A DNA stretch of 32,000 nt, from NCBI RefSeq assembly GCF_001997385.1, contig NZ_CP019633.1, forward strand, positions 2,520,001-2,552,000, read 5' to 3'. Source of the stretch: Sedimentisphaera cyanobacteriorum (GTDB lineage: Bacteria; Planctomycetota; Phycisphaerae; Sedimentisphaerales; Sedimentisphaeraceae). Of the stretch, positions 26,615 through 32,000 are shown piece by piece (position 1 is the stretch's first letter; each line of letters begins with the position of its first letter). The notes under the pieces were generated by a model. It ran no database searches. It saw nothing but the letters and a program-made list of their open reading frames with translations, and was not told the DNA's origin. The position numbers were made by a program, and so were the translations under genes.

Positions 26615-27010
26615 ATGATAATAAATATAGACACTCATTCAGGCATTCCGATATACCGGCAGATAACAGGCGAGATAAAGAACCTCATCCTTTCAGGGAC
26701 GCTTACTGCGGGCGAGCAGATGCCGAGCGTACGTGAGCTTTCCGCTCAGCTTCGCGTAAATCCAATGACCGTTAGCAAGGCATACTCAAATCTTGAGATG
26801 GAAGGTTTCTTCGAGAGAAGACGCGGCGTCGGGATGTTTGTAAACCCTCAGTCTGAAGAGCTCAGGGAAGAAAACGGCGAACAGATAATCAAAGACAGCC
26901 TGAAGAGCACTGTATCCCGAGCAAGGTCTTTCGGTATCTCTAAAGCAGAGCTCGCCAGAATTGTTCAGAATTTATACGAAAGTTATTCAAAAGGAGAGAA
27001 CGATGAATAA
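26615..27010 (+). CDS. YtrA-subfamily GntR transcriptional regulator
   Basis: Winged-HTH PIYRQI...GEQMPSVRELSAQLRVNPMTVSKAYSNLEMEGFFERRRGVGMFV with a short (~50 aa) C-terminal helix pair typical of YtrA-type regulators. ATG 26615 (AAGG 8 nt upstream) is preferred over TTG 26609. Confidence 0.88.
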   Translation: MIINIDTHSGIPIYRQITGEIKNLILSGTLTAGEQMPSVRELSAQLRVNPMTVSKAYSNLEMEGFFERRRGVGMFVNPQSEELREENGEQIIKDSLKSTVSRARSFGISKAELARIVQNLYESYSKGENDE

Positions 27011-27905
27011 TATCATTCAAGTAAGCGGGCTCAGTAAAAGCTTCGGGAAGCTAAAGGCTCTTAAAGATATAAGCTTCTCGGCCGGGAGGGGCTCTATCAT
27101 CGGGCTTATGGGAGCAAACGGCTGCGGAAAAAGCACGCTTCTGCGAAATATGATCGGGCTTTATCTGCCAGATGCAGGCACCTCGCAGGTGTTCGGCGAA
27201 CAAAGCTGCGAGCTTTCCCCGCAAACGCTTTCACGAATCGGCTATGTCCATCAGGAGGGCAGGCTTCTAAACTGGATGAGCATAAGGCAGCTGCTGAGGT
27301 ACGTTCGCTCGCACTACCAAAACTGGGATGAGAATTTGGAAGAGAAATTCATTGAATGGTTCGATCTGGAGCCGAAGGCGGTAGTAGGAAAGCTGTCCCC
27401 GGGAAAGAGGCAGCAGACAGCCATCCTCGCAGCAATCTGCCATAATCCGGAGCTCTTGATTCTCGACGAGCCGGCAAGCGCTCTCGATCCGCTTGCAAGG
27501 AGCAGATTTCTCGATCTTCTCCTTGAGCTTTTGCAGAATGACGGGGAGAAAACCATCATTATCTCATCGCACATACTCTCAGATATAGAGAAGGTAATAG
27601 ACCGTGCAGTAATTATGGATAAGGGCAGAATCCTCAAAGACTGCGATTTTGACAAGCTCAAAGAGAATATATTCAAGGCTGTCGTAGAGAACGGTGCAGG
27701 GGCTGATTTAACTAACCTGCTTCTTTCAGGGAAGATTGCCCACCATCGCTCGGACGGGACAAAGACATCGCTCGTCCTTCAGGATATAAGCAGGGCGGAG
27801 GCTGAAAAAATCCTCTCTGAAGAAAAAATCGACGCTGAGATAATCCCTCTGCCTCTGGAAGAGATATACAAGGTAATAGCGGGAAAGGCGGAGTATGTAT
27901 TATGA
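27003..27905 (+). CDS. ABC transporter ATP-binding protein
   Basis: Walker A GANGCGKST, signature LSPGKRQQ, Walker B LLILDEPAS and H-loop SSHIL. ATG 27003 (AGGAG 7 nt upstream) overlaps the GntR stop by 8 nt. The track's 26961 start is an upstream extension. Confidence 0.9.
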   Translation: MNNIIQVSGLSKSFGKLKALKDISFSAGRGSIIGLMGANGCGKSTLLRNMIGLYLPDAGTSQVFGEQSCELSPQTLSRIGYVHQEGRLLNWMSIRQLLRYVRSHYQNWDENLEEKFIEWFDLEPKAVVGKLSPGKRQQTAILAAICHNPELLILDEPASALDPLARSRFLDLLLELLQNDGEKTIIISSHILSDIEKVIDRAVIMDKGRILKDCDFDKLKENIFKAVVENGAGADLTNLLLSGKIAHHRSDGTKTSLVLQDISRAEAEKILSEEKIDAEIIPLPLEEIYKVIAGKAEYVL

Positions 27906-29341
27906 AACCTCTATCGGCAAATCTGAGCATCTATTATAAAAGGCCTATGGCATACTTCTGGTATTTCATTACTTTATGCCAGGTTCCAGCGGCTGCAATG
28001 AGCATCACAGGGCATATCGAAGAATCTTTCCTCTTTCTGATTATACCGCTGTTTTTTGGTGTTCTTGCCGGGGCGGTACAGAAGGATATAGTTTCCGCCC
28101 CGCTTACTTTCTGCCTGCCCGGACAGAGGAATATGCCGATTAAGGCAATAGCGGGGTTTGGGATTGTGATGCTTGCAGCAATGCTGCTGCTGTTTTTCTT
28201 TGCAGGTTTCACGCGAGCGGGCAGTCCTTTTGCAAATCCTTTTTACTTCGCCGTTAATATCCTGCTGTGCATATTTGTATATTTATATGCCGCACTTATA
28301 GGCTTTAAGACAGACCCGCTTAAAACCAGCATCACCTTGCGCGTACTGCCTTTTGCAGCCGCTTTATTAATTATATTCGGCTCGAGATTTGTAAACGCTG
28401 TTTTAACCGGTTTCCCGGTCTGTTCGGGACTGGTGATTGCGGCAGTATCGGCCTATCTGGCATCTAATATAAATAATCCCGCTTCAAGAAGAGAAATCTG
28501 CGGGAAAGAGGATGCTGTAAGCACTTTGTCCGGCTGGAATTCGAATTTTGCTATGTTAAAATTAAAAACTGCAAACATGGCAGAGAAACGAAATACAGCC
28601 GTATCGCCCTGCTTTGCTGAGAAGCTGTTTCTTTCTGTAAACAAGAAACTCAAAGGAAGCTCTGCCAAAACATCAGCAGATTATATATATATTATGCTGG
28701 ACAAATTTCTTTTAAACTGGAAGCAGTTCTTGTTTGCTCCGTTTCTGGTGCTGCTGCTTTTCGGCTACATACTCGGTTTTATGCCTTCTGTTGAATCGAA
28801 TCCGTTCTCGGCAGGGGCAGTACACTGGGGAGTATTTTTCGCATTGCCTGCCATGTGGGCTGGGATGTGGGAGCTCCCGCTTAATCCATCTATGGCTCTA
28901 ACCTCGAGCAGAAAAGATAAATTGAACGCTTCATTGGCTTTCCTGCTTGCCTATATGATGCTTACAGCCTGCGTGTTTTTATTAGCAGGGCTGGTTGCCA
29001 AGGCAGCGGCTCCGTATATGCCTGCGCCGGATTTGGGTATAGTAAGCGATAAATTTCAGTTTGCCCCGCCCTGCTTTCAGAAAGTGTGGCTTTTATTCTT
29101 TATAACTCCTCTCTCATCCTGCGCATGTGCTGTATGGGGAAGAAAATCAAAAATTACGACGTTTATATTTCCGCTGATTATAATGTTTGTGGTGATTATC
29201 AGCGGTCTTGAAGAGAATATTCAGCCCCCAGCTCTCTTAGTTTTTCGGCTTGCAGGAATCTCTCTGAGCTGGATAATAGCCTATTCAGTAATAAAATTCA
29301 GATGCCTGAAGGGAAACCTTGCGGGTAATAATTTTGATTAA
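27902..29341 (+). CDS. polytopic membrane protein, presumed permease partner (family not recognised)
   Basis: ATGA overlap with the ATPase gene. Two bundles of ~5-6 hydrophobic helices are separated by a ~70-aa polar loop. Confidence 0.65.
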   Translation: MKPLSANLSIYYKRPMAYFWYFITLCQVPAAAMSITGHIEESFLFLIIPLFFGVLAGAVQKDIVSAPLTFCLPGQRNMPIKAIAGFGIVMLAAMLLLFFFAGFTRAGSPFANPFYFAVNILLCIFVYLYAALIGFKTDPLKTSITLRVLPFAAALLIIFGSRFVNAVLTGFPVCSGLVIAAVSAYLASNINNPASRREICGKEDAVSTLSGWNSNFAMLKLKTANMAEKRNTAVSPCFAEKLFLSVNKKLKGSSAKTSADYIYIMLDKFLLNWKQFLFAPFLVLLLFGYILGFMPSVESNPFSAGAVHWGVFFALPAMWAGMWELPLNPSMALTSSRKDKLNASLAFLLAYMMLTACVFLLAGLVAKAAAPYMPAPDLGIVSDKFQFAPPCFQKVWLLFFITPLSSCACAVWGRKSKITTFIFPLIIMFVVIISGLEENIQPPALLVFRLAGISLSWIIAYSVIKFRCLKGNLAGNNFD

Positions 29342-29499
29342 CTGCTTTTGTTTGCCGGGGAATAAGCAAAATTTTCTCAATAAAGGTTTGCAGGGAAACT
29401 CACAAAAGACTTTACCTTAACGCAAATTTTTATTACCATTTACAGCTGAATGTATGCTAATTCAGCTTGAAAGATGTCCTGATTTTAGGAATACTAATT

Positions 29500-30114
29500 A
29501 TGAAAAAAGCTTTAATACTATTTGCAGCAGCTTTAACAGCAGCGGCATTTGCCGCTCCGGAGCCGAGCCGTGCGCCTAAGCCCGGCATCTGGACTCTTGA
29601 CGTTGAGTTCAATATGCCAAGGCAGATTACGCTTAAAACCGGTGAGCAGACTCAGAGATACTGGTATATAGTTCTCACTCTCACCAACAAAACTGGTGAG
29701 GATGTTGATTTCTATCCGGATTTTGAGCTTATGACAAACACTTGGAAGCTTTATCCTTCTGATACAGGGATAACAAAGCCCGTATATGAGAAGATTAAGC
29801 TGATCAATCAGGGGAGGTATCCGTTCCTGCAGACCCTTGACGAAACTAAGGATAAGATCCTCCAAGGCGACGATAACAAGATAGACCTGCTTGCAGTTTG
29901 GAAAGACTTTGATAAAAAAGCGAAGAATATAAAGCTGTTTTTTGCAGGTTTGAGCAACGAGACCGAAGTTGTAAATATCCAGCAAGAGAACGGAGAGGAC
30001 AGGAAGTTTATTCTCCAGAAAACTCTCTGTTTAGAGTATCTTCTGCCCGGAGACCCGAGAAAACGGGCGGCGCAGAAGCTGGAATTTGTTGATAAAAGCT
30101 GGGTTATGCGATAA
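29500..30114 (+). CDS. secreted protein of unknown function
   Basis: ATG 29500 (AGGA 9 nt upstream) gives the signal peptide MKKALILFAAALTAAAFAAPEP. No family recognised. Confidence 0.6.
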   Translation: MKKALILFAAALTAAAFAAPEPSRAPKPGIWTLDVEFNMPRQITLKTGEQTQRYWYIVLTLTNKTGEDVDFYPDFELMTNTWKLYPSDTGITKPVYEKIKLINQGRYPFLQTLDETKDKILQGDDNKIDLLAVWKDFDKKAKNIKLFFAGLSNETEVVNIQQENGEDRKFILQKTLCLEYLLPGDPRKRAAQKLEFVDKSWVMR

Positions 30115-30143
30115 CCGCTTTAATTTTTTGGTAGAGTTTTAGT

Positions 30144-31055
30144 ATGATAACAGACTGCCAGATCAATCTTACAGGCCGTCTGAGCCCGATAGAGCTTGCA
30201 GAATTTAATGAAGCTACTGAACGGCTCGATAACTATCTGGTTTTGGCATCGCCGAAGCTGGCCATGGACCCCAATGCCAATGAGGTGCTTGGAGATTTTC
30301 TGAACAAAAATACAAAGGCAATAGGTTTTGGTGTTGTCAATCCGCTGGTAAAAGAAGGCCAGCAGTGCCCGCAGGAAGTAACGGAGAAATGGGGCATCAA
30401 GGGTTTTGCTCTGTACTGCTCCAAGCACGGCTTCCATCCGGCAGATTCGCAGGCAATGCGTTTTTACGAATATGCAAACGAGAATTCGATGCCTATATAC
30501 TTCTATATGCCCGAACAGCTCGACCCCACCGACATACTGGAGTATGGCAGGCCTTATCTCATAGACGAGATAGCAAGAAATTTCCCCGATATGAAAATCA
30601 TCATCAGCAACTGCGGCGTCCCGTTTCAAAGCGAGACTGTGGCAGTTCTTGCAAAGAATAAAAACGTTTATTCCTCATTGCCAGTAAACCCTTCTAAATG
30701 GTATCAGACATATACCCTTCTTGTAAGATTTTTTGAGGGCGAAGCAATCAGCAAGCTGCTCTTTGCGAGCAATTATCCCAGTCATCAGCCGAATGAATGT
30801 TTGGAAACGCTGCTGGGCTTCAACAGGATGATTGCCAATACACAGCTGCCAGTAGTCCCGCTTGATGAGATTAGGAAGATTGTTAATGCAAACGTTCCTA
30901 AAAAACTCTCTATAGACCTCTCTGCGCCTCCTAAATCCGAAGTAGTAGATGCGCAGACAAAACAGCCTATTGGAGAGGAAGAAAGCAGCAGCTCCTCAGA
31001 AAACGATTCAGAAGAGGAAAAGAGTGGGGAAAAAAGGGCCAAAAAGAAAAAATAA
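30144..31055 (+). CDS. amidohydrolase-2 (TIM-barrel metal-dependent hydrolase) fold protein with substituted ligand positions and an acidic/Ser-rich, Lys-terminated tail
   Basis: The overall layout resembles PF04909. ITDCQINL sits where IDxHxHL is expected, IIISNCGVPF where ..H.G.P is expected, and LLFASNYPSH where ..GSDYP is expected. The C-terminus is EEESSSSSENDSEEEKSGEKRAKKKK. Confidence 0.6.
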   Translation: MITDCQINLTGRLSPIELAEFNEATERLDNYLVLASPKLAMDPNANEVLGDFLNKNTKAIGFGVVNPLVKEGQQCPQEVTEKWGIKGFALYCSKHGFHPADSQAMRFYEYANENSMPIYFYMPEQLDPTDILEYGRPYLIDEIARNFPDMKIIISNCGVPFQSETVAVLAKNKNVYSSLPVNPSKWYQTYTLLVRFFEGEAISKLLFASNYPSHQPNECLETLLGFNRMIANTQLPVVPLDEIRKIVNANVPKKLSIDLSAPPKSEVVDAQTKQPIGEEESSSSSENDSEEEKSGEKRAKKKK

Positions 31056-31122
31056 ACTCACCCGCTGATTTCCGGTTCTTCGCATTGATTTTGCAATCTT
31101 GAATTTTTAAGGTACATAGTTT

Positions 31123-32000
31123 ATGACTGATCTTCTTGAAAAAAGAGAGAACTGGGGCTCTCGCGGCGGGTTTATTCTGGCTGCCGTGGGCTCGGCTGTA
31201 GGGCTGGGCAACCTTTGGGCTTTCCCGTACAAGATATACAGTTACGGAGGCGGGGCATTCCTGATCCCGTACATCATCGCGCTGTTTGCCGTTGGCCTGC
31301 CTTTAATTATTCTCGAATTCAGCCTCGGCCACTACACCCAGAGAGCTGCTCCAAATGCAATGCGGCGCTGCGTGAAGCCGTTTGAGGGGATTGGATGGCT
31401 CGGCAGCTTTATGTGCATCCTGATCATCTGCTATTATCCGGTAATCCTCGGCTACTGCCTTACATACCTCGGCTACAGCATTCAGGGTATATTCAACGGA
31501 GGCGAGCTGCCCTGGGCGGCGGAAGGAATTCAGGGGATCAATCAGGCAAAGGGCTTTTTCTTCGATAAATACCTCAACTATCAGGACAGCTTCAGCCTCG
31601 GCGGGCTTGAGCTCAAGGTTCTCGGGCCTGTAATCATAGTATGGATACTAATGTATCTTTGTATTTTCAAGGGAGTTAATCTTGTGGGCAAGATTGTATG
31701 GCTCACAGTTCCTATACCTTGGATTATGCTGATAATCCTAACCGTTCGCGGGCTTACGCTCGACGGGAGCACCGAAGGCCTTGCATACTACCTCTCTCCG
31801 GACTTCTCGGAACTTGCAAAACCGATAACTCGCAAGGCGTGCGGCGGTGTGCGCAGCTCTCCGGACTTCTCGGAACTTGCAAAACCGATAACATGGCGAT
31901 ACGCCTTCGGCCAGGTGTTTTTCTCTATGAGCCTTGGCTGGGGGACTATGATTGCATATTCCAGCTTCCTGCACAGGAAAAGCGATTTGAACAACAATGC
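31123..32000 (+). CDS. sodium:neurotransmitter symporter (SNF/NSS) family transporter, 3'-partial
   Basis: Not in the ORF track because there is no stop before the window end. ATG 31123 has AAGG upstream. Hand translation gives MTDLLEKRENWGSRGGFILAAVGSAVGLGNLWAFPYK (NSS TM1 signature) and ...SPDFSELAKPITWRYAFGQVFFSMSLGWGTMIAYSSF (TM6 signature), with no stops to nt 32000. Confidence 0.88.
   Translation, partial: MTDLLEKRENWGSRGGFILAAVGSAVGLGNLWAFPYKIYSYGGGAFLIPYIIALFAVGLPLIILEFSLGHYTQRAAPNAMRRCVKPFEGIGWLGSFMCILIICYYPVILGYCLTYLGYSIQGIFNGGELPWAAEGIQGINQAKGFFFDKYLNYQDSFSLGGLELKVLGPVIIVWILMYLCIFKGVNLVGKIVWLTVPIPWIMLIILTVRGLTLDGSTEGLAYYLSPDFSELAKPITRKACGGVRSSPDFSELAKPITWRYAFGQVFFSMSLGWGTMIAYSSFLHRKSDLNNN
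31794..31892 (+). repeat. perfect 36-nt direct repeat (x2) separated by a 27-nt spacer, in frame inside the SNF transporter gene
   Basis: CTCTCCGGACTTCTCGGAACTTGCAAAACCGATAAC occurs at 31794-31829 and 31857-31892. The spacer is TCGCAAGGCGTGCGGCGGTGTGCGCAG (31830-31856). Confidence 0.9.

Noticed and set aside
26961-27002. An N-terminal extension of the ABC ATPase ORF in the track (start at 26961).
   Set aside because: The extension lies wholly inside the GntR gene. ATG 27003 has a good AGGAG RBS and gives the canonical ATPase N-terminus MNNIIQVSGLSKSFG.
31794-31892. The 36-nt repeat / 27-nt spacer / 36-nt repeat arrangement looks superficially like a two-repeat CRISPR array.
   Set aside because: There are only two repeats, both lie in frame inside a conserved transporter gene, and each repeat encodes the family's own PDFSEL motif. 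There are no cas genes or leader in the window. I treat it as an in-gene duplication/insertion.
1-32000. A scan for tRNA, rRNA, tmRNA, RNase P and SRP RNA signatures (T-loop GGTTCGAATCC-like motifs, AAAGTCC-type cores).
   Set aside because: I found none by eye. This is a weak negative, and a tRNAscan/Infernal run would be needed.

Overview
This window looks like mostly core chromosome from a PVC-type bacterium. A Planctomycetota/Phycisphaerae-like origin is my guess, inferred from a PEP-CTERM protein, dockerin-like modules on secreted proteins and a histone-H1-like lysine-rich protein; I ran no search. All family calls come from motifs I recognise by eye.

Housekeeping genes:
- TlpA-like redoxin, proB, a PASTA-FGE/SUMF1 protein, an esterase and yebC.
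- A minus-strand nusA-infB-rbfA block that ends in an unusual K-rich gene.
- A class B PBP, an M48 peptidase, a corrinoid protein and a UPF0210/DUF711 protein.

Accessory region (about 21.1-26.5 kb):
- Two copies of a roughly 125-190 nt palindromic element, built from 9-nt-periodic CACGAAG units, bracket the PEP-CTERM gene.
- An apparently intact ISLre2/UPF0236-like IS has perfect 17-bp terminal inverted repeats.
- A SIR2-like defence-type gene is dead: its 5' end is cut exactly at an IS30 end and it carries an in-frame TAG.
- An IS30-family element follows.

Downstream (26.6-32.0 kb):
- A translationally coupled YtrA-type GntR / ABC ATPase / atypical membrane protein operon.
- A secreted unknown protein.
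- An amidohydrolase-fold protein whose metal ligands all appear substituted.
- A 3'-partial SNF-family transporter that is absent from the ORF track. It carries an in-frame 63-bp insertion made of a perfect 36-nt direct repeat.

I found no tRNA, rRNA, cas genes or intact multi-gene defence system. The candidate novelties are individually modest and are flagged as such.
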